Shown: positions 26,050-40,575, counted from the first letter of the stretch. The stretch is 64,000 nucleotides of DNA from Neoechinorhynchus agilis (GCA_051530055.1 CM121341.1:10580784-10644783), one strand, 5' to 3'. Notes: generated from the sequence alone by a model not told the origin. Program-made: numbers and translations.

Positions 26050-28258
26050 ATGTTGAAAACCACTACACGTAGCCATGGTAACCGATTTGTATTTGAACCG
26101 ACTGTTGAAATAAATATTGAAAGCGTGAAGGTCGATATGAGGCCACTTCTTAGATATGATAATCTTGATCATTTATTCGAAAAGTGCGATATAGAACAAT
26201 CCCAAGCCCTCTGCTCCATTATATCAAAAGATGCTAGACTGTCGAACGATTGGTTTGACGGTCCTGTAGGGCGACGACGAATGATACATTGTGATTACGC
26301 AGCTTCTGGGAAGCCGTTAAAGAAAATCGAGAGATTCATGTCCACTCGGTTTTATTCAACATTCGACATGGATCTAAACGGGCCTTCCTATGCTTCCAAA
26401 ACTACCCGTTCGTACGTGAAACAAGCGGTAGACTTGATTCGAAAGGAGTGTAAATGTAGTCCAGACGATTACTTGTTTTTTGTCGGATCAGGTTCAACAT
26501 CAGCTGTAAACACATTGCTCAGTTTAATGAATATTAAATGTGAGCGACCACAAAAATTGACGGTTGTTGTGTCCTCGTTTGAACACCACTCAAATCTCCT
26601 GCCTTGGAATGAGATGGAAGCAAATATTAAAAAAGTGAAAGCTCGTGACGACGGCAAAATCGATATCGACGATCTAGCAAGCGTACTTGAACGATTGCAG
26701 AATAAGGGAAGGGATATAATCTGTTCATTTAGAGACGCTCGCTTCTTATCAACCCAAAACCGTTTGTAAGCTGAATTTTAGACATGTCTTTTTCACATGT
26801 TGGGTTCAGTTCATTTAATCGAGAGAGAAATGGATCCTTTCTATGTCCCGATTAAAGGAATTGAATTCAACATGCATTTAAAAGTCGAAATACCACAGTT
26901 GAAGGGCTAACGAGTTATCCCCTTTGATAAGAAGGAGAGCGTACACCGCTGCTAGTAATATAACCGGCGTGCTTCAAGATGTTGATGAAATCAGCGCACT
27001 TGTTCACAAATTTGAAGGATTAGTATTTTGGGACTATGCAACGGCTGGCCCATATATTCCCTTAGATATGAACCCAAACAAATCTTCCTATAAAGATGCG
27101 GTGTTCATTTCGGCACATAAGTTCGTCGGTGGTCCAGGAGCTCCGGGCTTGTTGATCGCGAAAAAGGATTTGTTGACACACGAGAAGGCATTAGAACTAC
27201 AAGTAGAAACACAAAGACGTAGCGTGGCTGGAGTGGTTAGATGTGGCCTAGCATTTCGAATAAAGAGCCTCCTTAACGCTGAGTTTGTGAAAGCCCGTGA
27301 AGAAGAGATTGTGGACGTGTTTAAAACCATTGTCTGTCGATGTCCGAATTTTATTATTTTAAGTAAAGATGGGCCTCCAAGGAGATTAATTCTTAAAGAG
27401 TTCACATCTTTACTACTAGGTGATTTCAAAGTCCCACGTCTTTCAGTATTTTCGTTCGTAATAGCACATCCCATGACGAAAAAGCTTCTTCATTATAACT
27501 TCATTGGTCAGCTTTTAAATGACTTTTTTGGAATTCAATCAAGAAATGGTCAGTTGTGTGCAGCACCGTATATATTTAACCTATTGGGCATTAGTGAAGA
27601 AATGGCGGTTAAGATCGCAAGACTTCAAGGTACTTTAACATGTGGAGTTGGCGATTCTTATGATGCGGATTTGAGTTTGAATGAAAACAAAAAGTTTAAG
27701 AAATGGAAGGATTTGGGACCCATTGCATTCGAGTGTGATTATAGAGGACCGTGCGCTGTCTACAAACCTGGAGTAAGTCGATTAAGCCTGCCATACTTTA
27801 TCGACGACCAAACTCTTCAATTCGTAGCGGATGCCGTCGAGTTTGTCGCAGAGGAAGGATGGAAATTAATTCCACTGTACACAATGAACGTTCAAACAGG
27901 CTCGTGGACCTATGAGAATTACATTTGTAAGAATATAAATTTAGCAGATATTAAAGAAGAGAAACCTGCGCTGGAGTTTATCACAAATAGGTGCAAACGA
28001 CTATCGGTCAAGAACCACAAACAAATGATCAATGCTGCCAGGGCAAAAGCAAAGCAAATGGTGCAAGGAGCGAGTACTATGAAGATCAATAACGCTGAAG
28101 AGGATCATCCAGAGTTGTGCTGGTTCGTAACGCCAAACGATGCCTTGAAATCTTTAACGGGATCGGACAAACAAGTGCATGTTAAGCCAGATGAATGTTT
28201 GAAAGTTTTTCAGCGCATTACTCTTTCTGAGACAAGTTGTAGGTCAGAAATGGAATAA
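26050..28258 (+). CDS. Class-V PLP aminotransferase / cysteine-desulfurase-like protein; exons 26050-26730, 26945-27360, 27418-28258; ~645 aa
   Basis: CDYAASG, EHHSNLLPW, AASNITG, WDYATAGPY, SAHKFVGG (PLP lysine) and RNGQLCAAPY motifs. Confidence 0.88.
26731..26944 (+). other. Stem-bounded non-canonical intron, desulfurase #1 (214 nt, AG...AC)
   Basis: TTT|AGAG...GTAC|ACC gives ICSFTAASN (the +2 register, also AG...AC, gives ICSFSAASN); stem ACGCTC-CTTCTTATCAA / TTGATAAGAAG-GAGCGT. Confidence 0.8.
27361..27417 (+). other. In-frame stem-bounded intron, desulfurase #2 (57 nt)
   Basis: 19-codon insertion within FIIL|GDFKVPRL; perfect 10-bp stem AGTAAAGATG / CATCTTTACT; TA direct repeat; a GT-AG reading 2 nt to the right gives Ser instead of Gly. 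Confidence 0.75.
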
Positions 28259-28644
28259 ATTGATATTCGTCCTCGTTGTTCCGAATATGGAATTTTCACA
28301 AAATTTGGCGTGCTGACAAGTGCGAAAGGAATCGGCGTGAATATGACCTTAAATTTATCAATGCGAATGAATTTCAAAAGCACGGTAAAATGTGAACTGA
28401 CAATATCCAAATGCTTTTATCTACCGGAATTATATTCCTATGAATTTTTAGATTAAGTATCGAAACATGGATTTCAAAAAAACCCGTATTCACGAATACG
28501 ATGAACCAACTCATGTTTTTAAATAGTTTCATACGTGAAAATGCAGCGAATGAAGAAATCTTAAAACCCTATTAGGTAAACAATATTTTAGAACACGAAA
28601 GGTGGAAAACGAATAATAACCAAATCCGAATAAGAAACATCCGC

Positions 28645-29147
28645 AATACTTAAAACGTCTTTAATAAAAATTCGTCACCGGGTGAAGATCTAAATAACAG
28701 TTATTTCACATATCAGCATTTTAAACGCAACGCCTTTTTGGGGGAAACTAGAAACTCGGCTACATACAATACTAAAAATATTTTCGTTTAGCAATTAACG
28801 ATTCTTAAACCATCCGAATTAACTAAGGCTGCCATCAACATTAGAAGTTCTCTTTAGGTCTTCACTCGGTAAAGAGTTTCTCGTTAAAGACGTTCTGCGG
28901 ACCTCGTAGTGTTTATCAGCAATTTGCTAGTTATTAAAAGATAAACGGCAATACTTAAAACGTCTTTAATAAAAATTCGTCACCGGGTGAAGATCTAAAT
29001 AACATTTATTTCACACATCAACATTTTAAACGCAACGCCTTTTTGGGGGAAACTAGAAACTCGGCTACATACAATACTAAAAATATTTTCGTTTAGCAAT
29101 TAACGATTCTTAAACCATCCGAATTAACTAAGGCTACCATGAACATT
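28645..29147. repeat. Direct duplication, ~304-bp period, ~200 bp near identical
   Basis: CAATACTTAAAACGTCTTTAATAAAAATTCGTCACCGGG... starts at ~28645 and ~28949. Confidence 0.85.
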
Positions 29148-31029
29148 GAATGTATTTTTCCACAAAAACATTCCGGTTCTACTGGGCTAAAATACTGAAT
29201 GCAGTGTGATATGAAAAATTGCTGAATCATCGACAAAAGACGCAATTGGTGATTGCGACATGACTTGTTTCAAAAATCATTTTCCAAACATGAATGCGTA
29301 AAATGTGCTTCAAACTATATAGAACGTTCAATAGAAAAACAGAGCAACTTCCTGAACTCAGTCAATTGTTTTGAGTGGTAAGAGCTCGTGAGTATAAACT
29401 GCCACTGATTTTACACAAACGGTTTCGTAGGGAATTGTAGATCATACGAATACGGGATCGATTTGTTTGAAGATTGAATTAGATTATTATCTTCGGGGGG
29501 GGAGGGAAATATACTTTTTCTCAGTTTTGCCACCCATCGGATTTAAATATTTTCCTCTGCTAACGATAACCTTGGTGAAATGTCGGAATTTTTCGAGAGG
29601 TGAAATATTTTGGAAATAAATTATTGCATTTAAATCAGAGAAGTGGCAAAACTAAGAAAAAGAAAATATTTATGTTCGTTCATCTTTTAAGTTCTTTAAG
29701 ACCTTGATAAAGGCACAAGATTGTGCTGAAATATTGGATTCAATAAAACTCTATTGAGCATTGCATATAGATGGTTAGATATGTTTTGTTATTTAGCGTA
29801 AAGATGTTCATCATTTACCTTTTGATTGCGAAAATTATCAAATAAATAATTCAATTATTACAATTGTTATACTAAATGGCTTGTCAATATTCGAGAGAGA
29901 GATCGCGTTAAAGCGAAGAATGTATATATTTCGTCGACTGATTGAATCAGAGTTATTTTTCAGTTCAAATTAAACATTTAGTCACAAAACACACCAAGTG
30001 ATTGTTTTCGTTTTGACTCGGGAATCCGGGATCGTGAACCTTGTAGGCTATAGATAGAATTGATAAATCGGCTGATACAATCAGCCGAAATAAATAAAAT
30101 TCCTTCAATTTTTCCGCCATAAACAAACATTGATCGATTTAGAAGCGAATGAAATGCGAGACGCATCATTGCGCCGAAGGGAACGATACAAAGACGTTGA
30201 TTTGCAAGAGAAACACTCGATGGCCTTGAGATATCAAACGAACAGAGATTAACAATTCTGACGGGAGGGGGAATTCATGGGTACCAGTCTAAGAACACGG
30301 AGATTATGAATAGAATAATATATAAGGTTAGTCGGGAAATAGATAAATTCGCACGCTAGTACGGCACGTAGATAAGCGAATCAGGAAAAAGTGTAACGAA
30401 GTCCGGATTTGCCCTGAAAGTCTATAGCGGTCACTACAACTACTTATTATTACGTCACAATAAGTTTGGATTCTTCCGTGTCAAGTAGCTGCTCGCCGTC
30501 TCACGCACAACAATAAATGGATAAAAGATCCTAATGCTCCGTTCTTAGACGGCTAAAGGTTGCGTAGGCTTACTGAACTTATCGATAAAGCGAAAGTTCT
30601 GAAATCCTAGGCATCCTGATAAAACTTGGAAAAATTATCCGACCCGGCCCCAATGGACAATGTATTTGTAAGCGGGAAATAAACACCATCATTTAAACAG
30701 AAGGGCAATTCTTCACCAAATGTTTGCAGCATTCTCCATCGCAAGTTATCGGATCTACCACCATTCGATCAGTAAAACTTCATCGCTTTTCTTTTTAGTG
30801 AGGACCGATGCTGTCTCACCACAGCTTACGAGCAACTGAAATTCTGGTCGAGATTCTGAGTCCCCTTCTCGTATACGTCATTCATTGAAAACGCAACTAT
30901 TTTCGTATTCGTTGACTCATACGTCACTGAAGTGTTAATTTGCGGAAGTCGTCAATGAACGAAAACGCAAGTATTTTCGTATTCGTCGACTCATACGTCA
31001 CACGTAGAAACAAGAGCAAAAGGAGGAAC

Positions 31030-33900
31030 TCCATCAAAATCAATCAACCCTCCTATTCTTTTCCTCCGTCGCTCTGAATTCGATCCATCACATCATGCAC
31101 TCCTCCCTCGAGGATAAAATCGCACCATTTTTATTTCTGGTATACCTGAAGCCCCTGTTACAAACCCTGTCGCCGCTGATGCACACAACCGCCACCAAAT
31201 CCTTCGAATCGGTCAACTCCTTTTCCCCGACATTCACTCCACTATTCCTCCTCCATCAACAATTATGCGCATTCCAGCCAAAAATCCCTTTAACCCGAGA
31301 CCACGTCTCCTCATAGTAACTTTTATTTCACCATTCGTAGCCTCCCTCTTTCTTAACAGGAGACACAGACTCCTCACTTCACAACGTTCTTTTCGTCCCT
31401 GTAGACATAAAAATTCATCACAAAATCTTTCCACCGCCCCTCCAAACTAAACCCGGACACCATCTTCCCAATGTAACCCGTCACTCTTAACGAACATCTT
31501 CCTCATACAAAAAACTCAAAAAGTAGGCTATTTCCCAACTTCTTTGACTAGGTGCAATTCCACCGGCGCCCTAAAAACCACAAAGGTCGACCTCCCAGCC
31601 TTCGTACACTAAACTCCCTATTTTTCCCAATTAAGTAAATAATTATCGCTCTACCCCTACTCAAAAATGCGAGCTGATCAATACAAAGTCTCAACTCTAA
31701 ACTCATTTCTATCATTGCCAATCACTCATCCAACTCACATTTTCGATTCGCTTCCGGACTTCTATCTTTGGGATAATCAATCGTTCTATATCAGCATCTT
31801 GTAACAATTCCTCCCTTAATCGAATACCCGCAGCGAAGAACGCAACCCCAATCTCCCTCACTTTCGTCCCCGGTTTTCCGAAATCCAAAATTCCTTTCCC
31901 CGCTGTATTGTACTCCACTACTCGTAACCTCCTTCCTAAACTGGATGAAATTTCACTCATCACAAATATCGACGCCTACACATCCGCAGCTTAACAGAAA
32001 CGTTGCTTACCTCCTTCAATAACAATTCAGCCATCCTTCCCGGGAACTCTTCCTTCCATACATTCCGCGATCGCTACCATACTCTTTATCTTTCATAACC
32101 TCTACAAAACCCCGATCTAGAATTCATCGCAAACGGCATCTGAGAATTCACAATTGCTGGCGTCTATCACCCTCCTGCCTCTCGACCTGAGTCCTCCTTG
32201 CTCCAAATCGACTCTATGATGGAGCTCATAAACTCCACAAATTCGTCCCATTTCTTAATTACAGGACACTTCAATAATCTATTTCCTCCTCTGCCCTTCT
32301 CCGAATTGCGTCAACTAGTTGGCTTCCCAACAAGTCTTGATGTTCACCTCGACAAAGTGTTCAAAAATATCGACGCCTACTATTCCGCCTCTAAACTCCG
32401 TCCCCCGAAAACTCTGACCACGCTTCTGCCCTTATTACTCCCTCCACCCCACCTCTGCGTATGAAATCTCCCTGTTTACTCGTCTGGGATAAACGTGATC
32501 ATTCCATCCAAAATTTTAATAAAATAGTTCAACTCTACCATCCGCACATTCCACTCTGACAACATAAATGACCCTTCCTTGGCCATGTCCTCCCTGACCT
32601 CAATCATAAAAAATTCCCTAATTTTGGCAATTTCCAAGAAATTCATTAGGATCTCCAACCACGACCCTCTATGGATAACCCCAATTTTGAAACTTCTACA
32701 AAGACAAGCTTCTAAGGCCCATCGCAATAACTCCCCAGATTGTCCCCGTTTACATATAGCTCTAAGTAACAAAATAGTTATCGCCCGCAAAAACTTTCTT
32801 TCCTCTAACATTCGTTGGTGGCAATTCAACATGGTGGCGGGCCTTCAAGGATTCTATTGGTCTGCGCCACTCTGATCCCTTTCCTAATTTGAACTCCACG
32901 GAATTAAAACAGATTCTAGATTCCATCAATCAGAACGCTCCACGTCAGACACCACACAATCTTACACGCCCACATCTGAAACTTTTGTCAACTCGCCGAT
33001 ACCCCCTTTATTTTCGTCATACGAAGTACTACAGCATCTCAAGAAATTACACTCCTTCTCCGAGTCTGCTCCGATTTTGGTCTCAACTTGTGGTAGATCC
33101 GCTGGCTTGCCTCTTGTCTTCAGAATCGCAAACAATACATTCAACGCCGAAGGCGTACCTCAAGATGCTGTACTGTCACCACTTCTTTTTAATATTTTCC
33201 TAAGCCACCTGAAACCTCTCTCCTCTCACTCTAAACTCTTCCTATACGCCGACGATATCACCCTCATCACTCAATCACCAGCTCACATCTCCCTCTTTTA
33301 ACCTCTAACGAAATCGTATACATAATAGATTTCTGCAACAATCGCAAACTCCGCCTGAATTTCTCTAAATACTTCGAAATGATCCCTTCATTCTCCTGCA
33401 ACCCCACATTCTACCTCGAGCTTCCATATGACATCGTACGAGTTACCTCCCTCAGAATTCTGGCTCTCCAATTTCAATCAAATCTGAAATGGGAATCGCA
33501 CATCTTTCTGTCCTTCAAGCTCAACACCTTTAAAATTTATCTCCTCAAACGCCTTCGACATTTAGGAATCGCTTCAGCCGATCTCTCCAAATTTTACTTC
33601 AGTTTTATCTCACTTCCAGTCACCTACGGTTATCTCGTCTTTTGCAACCTTTCCAAATTTCAAATTCGCCGTCTTGAAATGTTTCATAAAAGAACATCTA
33701 AAATTTGCACAGCTCATTTTCCTCCTTTCACCGAATGCCTTGATACTATTTTCATACAACAAACAAAACGCCTAGCAACCGTACCACCACAATTTTTACC
33801 ACATTTTATTCCCCTTTTCACACGAGGACAACACTTGTAATCCTAACTCGTTTCATCCTCCTATACCTTCTTTTCCATGCTGCCCAATCTTCTCGGATAT
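31030..33900 (+). mobile_element. Decayed L2/CR1-group non-LTR element (APE plus partial RT)
   Basis: HFLITGHFN (APE), DPLWITP, GVPQDAVLSPLLFNIF...LFLYADD, and LRILALQFQSNLKW...LKRLRHLG in broken frames. Confidence 0.85.
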
Positions 33901-34105
33901 CAGAACTTGAGGAAAGGCACCAACCTTACAATCGCTCTTGCAAACAATATCCGCCAATTCCCACTAGAATGGACTTACCCCGACCTCACCAAATCCGCAT
34001 TCCATAGATTCAATCCAATATTGTTTATTGCTCAAATAACAATTACCCTATCTTAATTAAAAACAATGCCACAAAACAAATAAATGTGTTATTAAAACGA
34101 CTTAA

Positions 34106-34300
34106 GTGGTAGTCACGTTGTCTTTTAATATTGTCTCGCTCTACATGGACGTCGACAATAAGGGAGCGATACGAGCACCTGAAAAGCGGTTGAGTGAGAA
34201 TAAAGATGACTTAAAACTATTCACAGTGCTACCGACGGAAGTGATTCGACTCTTTCAAATAGTTTTAGTGTGCAACTCTTTTGATATAATAATAACGCGT
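34106..34300 (+). mobile_element. Penelope-like RT fragment
   Basis: VTLSFNIVSLYMDVD...AI...VIRLFQIVLVCNSF resembles the PLE motif LVSFDV.SLYT.I. Confidence 0.55.
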
Positions 34301-34419
34301 TTTATTATTCCACACACAAACAAGCACGGGAACCATGTATTTTTGGATTCGTGCTGTTTGATTGAGATTGTAATTCGAAATGAGCTGCAAGTCGTCGCGT
34401 GTGCATGAGTCTTTCCTCC

Positions 34420-37400
34420 GATTCAGACCGTTGACTCATGGGTTGATTGTGCGACGGCAAAAAATGACTTTTTATATAGTTTGGTGCGAGGGAGAGGCGG
34501 ATTGAATCTGTTCGGACATCGCGTATTTCGGACGGGTTCCCTTGGTGAGATGAACGGGAGAAATTTAGATGGAAGGGAACGCAGGGAGATCATGTATTTA
34601 TCGAAGATTTTGGAAAGGTGTTCTTCGAATGGTGCGAGGTCCTTGGAGCAAATTTTGCAGGCTCGGTTATTTGGGGAGGAAAGCAAGCGCAGTTGATGGG
34701 TGGATAAATTGCAAAAGGTTGGGTATGCATATGAGATTGCAGGGACTACAACGGACCAATAGAAATGTGCTAGATCGCGTGGGCTGACTCCGAGGAAACG
34801 CAAGCGCTTGATAAAATACAATTTAGCAGTGGCTTTTGCTACGATGGCGCTAATGTGGATGTCCCATTTGAGGTTGTGTTGGAAGACTAGGCCCAGAATG
34901 CGAAGCGATGTGACGCGTTGGATATCGAGACAGAGCGGTGGAATATCAGTCCTAGGTTTTTGAAGCGACGGATTAAGTTCATATGATTTGGCGAAATTAA
35001 TTGAGAGTTGATGGGTGGTGCAAAAATCTTTAAGATTTTCAATCTCTGCGGACATGAGGCTGAGCGAGAGTGATGGAGGAGCATGGGTTATGATGGTTAG
35101 GTCGTCCGGATAAAGGAAATATTTAGCGGATGTTGAGAGGGGTGTAAGGTCGTTGAGGAAGATATCGAAAAGTAAGGGCGATAGTATAGCTCCTTGGGGA
35201 TCACCGCAATGTATTGGAAGCGTCCCGTATCAAAGCTAGAATTGATGATATGAGCTAGAGGCTAAAAGATCAAGGAAATGATGATGCGAATGGCCCAGTT
35301 GGGAATTGGAGCGTTATGGGATGATGTACGTGGTAGTTTTTTAAGGGGTAGGAGAACCTCAAGAGTGGAGACGCGTGAATGAGGAACACAGGTCATATGG
35401 TTGCGATCGTCGCAGGGGCGTACGACGCTTGTGTCAGTGGAAGATTTGGGAGGGCACATGGTAGCGTTCATGGAGTTGAGGGTGTTTTTGAGCTGAAATT
35501 TATCCAGATTAGCGAAAGGCTGAGATCTGTGAAGGCCTATGGCATTTTTGATCTCGCTCCACCAGGAACGATTAGGGGATGACGGTAGTTTGGTAAAAAG
35601 AAAGGTTTTGCGAGCGTGAAGAAGACGCTCAGTGAATCTCTTATGGAGTTCTGGGTAATCGGGATGTCGGGAGCGAAAGGATTTATTCACCTTGTCTTGC
35701 AGTGATTTCAGTAAAGGTGAAAACCATGGTGGATCACGATTCGACATACGAATCATTTTCCGAAAGAAAGACATGCACATGCAATGGACTAAGGTATTGT
35801 CAATGCCGCCGTGGCTTTAGACGGGTCGTTGCTGTATATAAAACTTCGGATTCCGCATAGAGCATCACTTACCTTGTTGAAGGAGTGAGAGTGATGCTCA
35901 CGTTTATCCCAGACTGGGAAAGGGTCGGAGGACTGTCGCTTCGGAGGAACAATTGGTCTAAGGAGGATGGTACAGTGATCCGAGGTCGCGACAGGTGGGA
36001 GTTTAACGGGAGCGGAATATTTGGCTATATTGGTAAAGATTTTATCTAGTGTGTCGATGAACCACACGAGGGGAAGTTTACTAGTTGTAAGAGATCAGAG
36101 AGTGACGGTGGAGCAGGGAGACGGTTGAAGTCTCATCGAATCATGAAGTGTTGAGAATTTAACGATAGTTTGTCATTAATTAAGGTATCGATTTGTTCAG
36201 ATGTTGCGATGGGAGTTGAGGCAGGGGACGATAAACACCGGCGACGGTCATTTCAAGGCTGCCGTTACGAAGAGAAAGAGAGAGTTGAAGGTGAACCCAT
36301 TCGAGGTGTTCTGATATAAAATAGTTAGGAATGAAGATGGTGTATGGTAAGGAGGACTTCAAGTAAATAGAGACGCCTCCTCCAGAACGATCATCTCTAG
36401 TTAGGCGAAATGAGGAGAATCCGGGGATGATGGCAGTGTCCTTATTAAATTGGGAGAGCCAGGTTTCCGTAATGACGAGAATGTCGGCTTTGGTGGCCGT
36501 AGCGACTATGGACAGCGCGTCGATTTTTGGTAAGATGCTACGAATATTGGTGTTTAAATTGTAGGGAACGGCTGTTTAGGTAGGATGCTCAGCAAGGAAA
36601 TGGGTTGGAGGGGCGAGATGGGTGTCAAGTCGGGTGATGTTGTGGTTGCCTGTTCATCTAGAGTGCAAGTGGATTGTTCAAGGCCGACCGAAATTTTTTG
36701 GGTTGGGCCTCCGACAAAGTGAAAGTGAGTGAAGTTAGATATGGCTGCGGTGTCTTTGTTTGAGTCACTGAGCCGGGTTTCTGTGGTGACTAGTATGTCT
36801 GAGGTGTGACGATTTTCTGATAAGGGATGGAAAACAGTTGTATATCTAATTTCTGCCAAGGAACATCGGGTTCCTTTGGAGGTATCCAAAATTTACCGCA
36901 GGAGAAAGCGTGTGTTGAACGGACGACAACTTATTGACTGCCGGGCTGGAAATATCCGGTAAGGGAGGAGTGATTTTAGTAAAAGAAAGCGTTTGGAGAT
37001 GTAGGCAGAGGCAGTGTCACGAAGGTGAAAGCTAACTTTTAGAAGGCGTGGACGAGAGTCAGCTGGATTATTTGATGGGATGCGGTGAACAAATACAGGT
37101 GCCGGAAGGTTGTTATAAGGGAAGAGCGTACGGGTAATTTCGTTGAGATGTAGCAGATTATGTTTCAACGCATTGAAACGGCTAGAAATTGGACATTCAG
37201 TAACTTCAGGAATACCGGAGATGAAGAGATCGTGGGTGGTTTTTTTTGTTGTTGGGCGGAGCCAGGGAGAAGGTCGGATGTGTTAGGAACAACCCTCGAT
37301 TTGTTAGGCGGACGATTTTGTGGTGCGCGAGAAGATTTCGGCGAGGGAGGTGTTATCTCCGATAAAATCTGCTGAGAGGGAGGCTGAAGGGTAGACTTGG

Positions 37401-38330
37401 TTGAGAAGCGAGCGTAGTCTTGAAAAGACGGAAGTTGACGAGCGGGATAATACGGAGCTGCGCGGAGGGTGGGTGTGAGGGAGGTAATATGAGTCTGAAC
37501 CGGAGGTTTGATAATCGGGATTGAGTTAGGTCTAGGGTCCAGAGACGATTTATCATTTCCGGGTGTGGATGGCATGTTTGGGTTGTCACAAGATAGTTGG
37601 TTGGCCACGTACAGAAACAGGTCACGCTCTTTGTCATTAATTAGATGTGAAATTAACGGGCTGCTGGGAGCTAGTAAGGGATCGTTGACAATTGTTTGGT
37701 TGTGTTTTGTAGATATACTCAGTTGAGTGGGAAGTGTTATGACGGGTGAAACGGGAGGAAAGAGATCGGGGTGGTGGAATGATTCTGGTGATGGGCCGTT
37801 GTTGGGCATCAGATCGGGAGAAATCTGTGAGATGACTTCTGTTGTGATGTTCAAAGGCATGGTAGAAGTTGATGTTTCGAGGTTAGCATCGATCGCGGTC
37901 GAAAGTGCCCTGTTGATAACTCCAAAAGGCATTCCAAACGGTATTCGATCTGGTGCAAATTTGATCGGCAGCTTGGCGCAGCAGAACCCACAGGTAAAGA
38001 ACGGGCAAAGCTCTGGGATGTGTTTTGGGGCGATGAGGGTTGTTATCGAGCGCCCTTGGCACGAGCAGGTGATCCTCTTAGAGGCTGAGTTACGGGACTT
38101 TTTAACAGCCATGAAGGTGAGCGCGGCGATGAAGATTTAATTGCATCGCCAATTGACGACTTGTAAATGGGAAACAACCTTGCTCCCGTTTTCACAACGA
38201 TTTTCCTCGATGATTTGGAAAAGCAGTGCATCTTCCCACATTTAACGTAGAGACCGATTTAGCTCCGCCATGTGGGTGATATGCTGTTCACCTACACAAT
38301 GGATCGTGAGGTCGATGACGAGGAGAGCTG
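34420..38330 (-). mobile_element. Near full-length decayed L2/CR1-group element (ORF1, APE, partial RT), tail-to-tail with the + copy
   Basis: ORF1-like RPRLLKVSF; APE NIRSILPKID...DILVITETWL and SDHCTI; RT PQGAILSPLLF...YPDD; C-terminal LYFIKRLRFLG...YKKSFF. Confidence 0.88.
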
Positions 38331-39093
38331 GTTGAGTTCCAAAGATCCTACTGGCGGGATTAAGGTCTCTTGAATTTGTCATTTTATGTAAACCAAAATG
38401 TTTTTGTGGTCTTCGAAAAGCATGTCGCTGATATGTATATATCTAGAATACGTCGTTGGATTTAAATTCATCGGTTTTTGTACTCATCGACCTTAACGTC
38501 CGCGATGTGTTAATCTCCGGAATTCGTCATTGTAAGTAGACGCAAATTCTTGGGTATTCGTCGTTGGATGTTAACGCAACTTTTTGAAGTGGACGGTCTG
38601 GTTACGATCAATAACGATTTGTAGTTCAACAAATTCAAGCAAGCATTGAAATGTGCTTGTACGGAACTTGAGCTGTTGCTTCCTGTAATACTGATCGCTG
38701 CTTACGTGGACGGTTTAAAAAATCATGTCTTAAGTTCACACTACGGGTGCGATTGGCGCTTTTAGATTTGCTCATTTCTGTTCGTTGATGCAAAATCAAT
38801 AAATTTATGTCGTCCATTTATTTCCTTTAATCTTACCGCCGACCTAACTACTATCGTTCAGTCATTATTACAGGGAGATCACATGAAATAATTTAGAATC
38901 TCGAAAGTGAGTAGCAATGAGAATTGGGAATCGTGATTTTCTCGAACATTTTATGCAGCTAATGATACAAATACAGTAAAGAATAAATTAAATTTTTGAT
39001 AGTTTGGATCCCACACGCGAAACATTTGGCTTTAATGATCTTCTTATAAATTTGTCAGGCAAATCGAAGATTAAAAGGAATTTAGCGTTAGAG

Positions 39094-39964
39094 TCAAGGA
39101 TTACAACAATTGCCGATTCCCTGTTTGTTGGTACTTCCAAAATTGCCGGCAGTTTTTCGTGTGGTTGATTTGATGGGGACGGTTCCTCCATATCGATTGC
39201 TAACATCATCAGTTGATACTTGCGCATTGGACACCACTTTGTGGATTTCTAAGAATATTTCTGAGATATGGAAACTGAATTTTCCACTCGTTCGCGATAC
39301 CTTCAAGGATTTTGATGAAAGCTGCTTCGACATTAGTCGAGTCGAGTGCACTTGTTTCAATAAAGAAGAGATCTTGTTTGTCTGAAAACTCCTTCCAGTC
39401 TATGAGATCAATAGTAGAGTTACTAACTGACCTGCATATTCCTTCGCTTCTTCAGTTTTTACAGCCCTTTCTGCAGGAAGATCACTTTTGTTACCGACCA
39501 ACATGAGCACAATATCGACTCCTGAATTAGGACGCAATTCGTTTAACCAATTCTCAATACTTGCAAAGGAGCTTCTCTTCGTTATATCGTATACGAGAAG
39601 TGCTCCAACTGCGCCTCTGTAGTATGCATTTGTAATGGCTCTGTAACGCTCTTGACCAGCGGTGTCCCAGATCTGAGCCTTAACAATCTTTCCATCAACT
39701 TCTACGCTTCTAAATATATTGGATACTGTAGCGATTATGTTTTTTGTGAATTGTAACAGGACCTCGTTGCGAATTCAACGCCAATCGTGGATTTGCTTTC
39801 AAAATTGAACTCGTTGCGTGTGAATCTGGATAATAGGTTGCTTTTTCCCACGCCACTGTCACCGATTAAGACAACTATTACTAAACCTTTGAAAACTGCA
39901 ATCCGCCTAGGAAACGCTCACTTTTAAACAGATAATCGTAGCTATCCTCTGCAATATAGGACAT
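39094..39964 (-). CDS. RAB11: Rab11 GTPase, 5 exons, 222 aa; GT-AG introns 39875-39921, 39710-39762, 39382-39431, 39249-39300
   Basis: [67 protein letters not shown] and C-terminal CC motif. Confidence 0.96.
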
Positions 39965-40393
39965 CTTTAAGATCACAGGAGAAGGGTGAAATGAACAAAC
40001 TTTATGTTGCTTTCTTATGAATCATTTACAAAAAAAGGTTACGAGGCTCGAGAAAGTTGATTTCGCAATTTTCTAATTAGGAAGTGACAACAAAATGGCC
40101 ATCACTAGATTATTGAGCTTAAATGATTGGCAATAGCAGGATATTTTCCTCAGTTCCGAAATTCTCAACGGTCAAACGAAACGGTTCGTTGCTTTTCTTT
40201 TAGAAAAAGACATGGTATCTGTATAATTTCGTTCATGAGTAGCGAATGAGCGGTACTAATTATATGACTATTTGAGTGCAGTGAATCTGATATGAAATCC
40301 GACATACTGAAGCAATGCTCATTATCATAAACTGCAGACGAGGATTAATTCTAAGTACGATTATAAAATCTTGTAAAGATGTTCATCATTTAC

Positions 40394-40575
40394 TTTTTTA
40401 TTGCGAATTATAATAATTGATTTATTTATAATTTTCAGCCTTCGCATAGGCTTTCTTCAGTCTATTGTTAAAGTGTCTTTTTCGCACTAGACACTTTTAC
40501 AATAGACTGAAGAAAGCCTATGCGAAAGCCGAAAATTATCAAATAAATCAATTATTATAATTCGCTATAAAAAAG
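40394..40575. repeat. Near-perfect ~180-bp palindrome (fold-back MITE)
   Basis: Arms of ~85 bp around a 10-nt loop; the left flank is shared with ~29800-29860. Confidence 0.85.
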
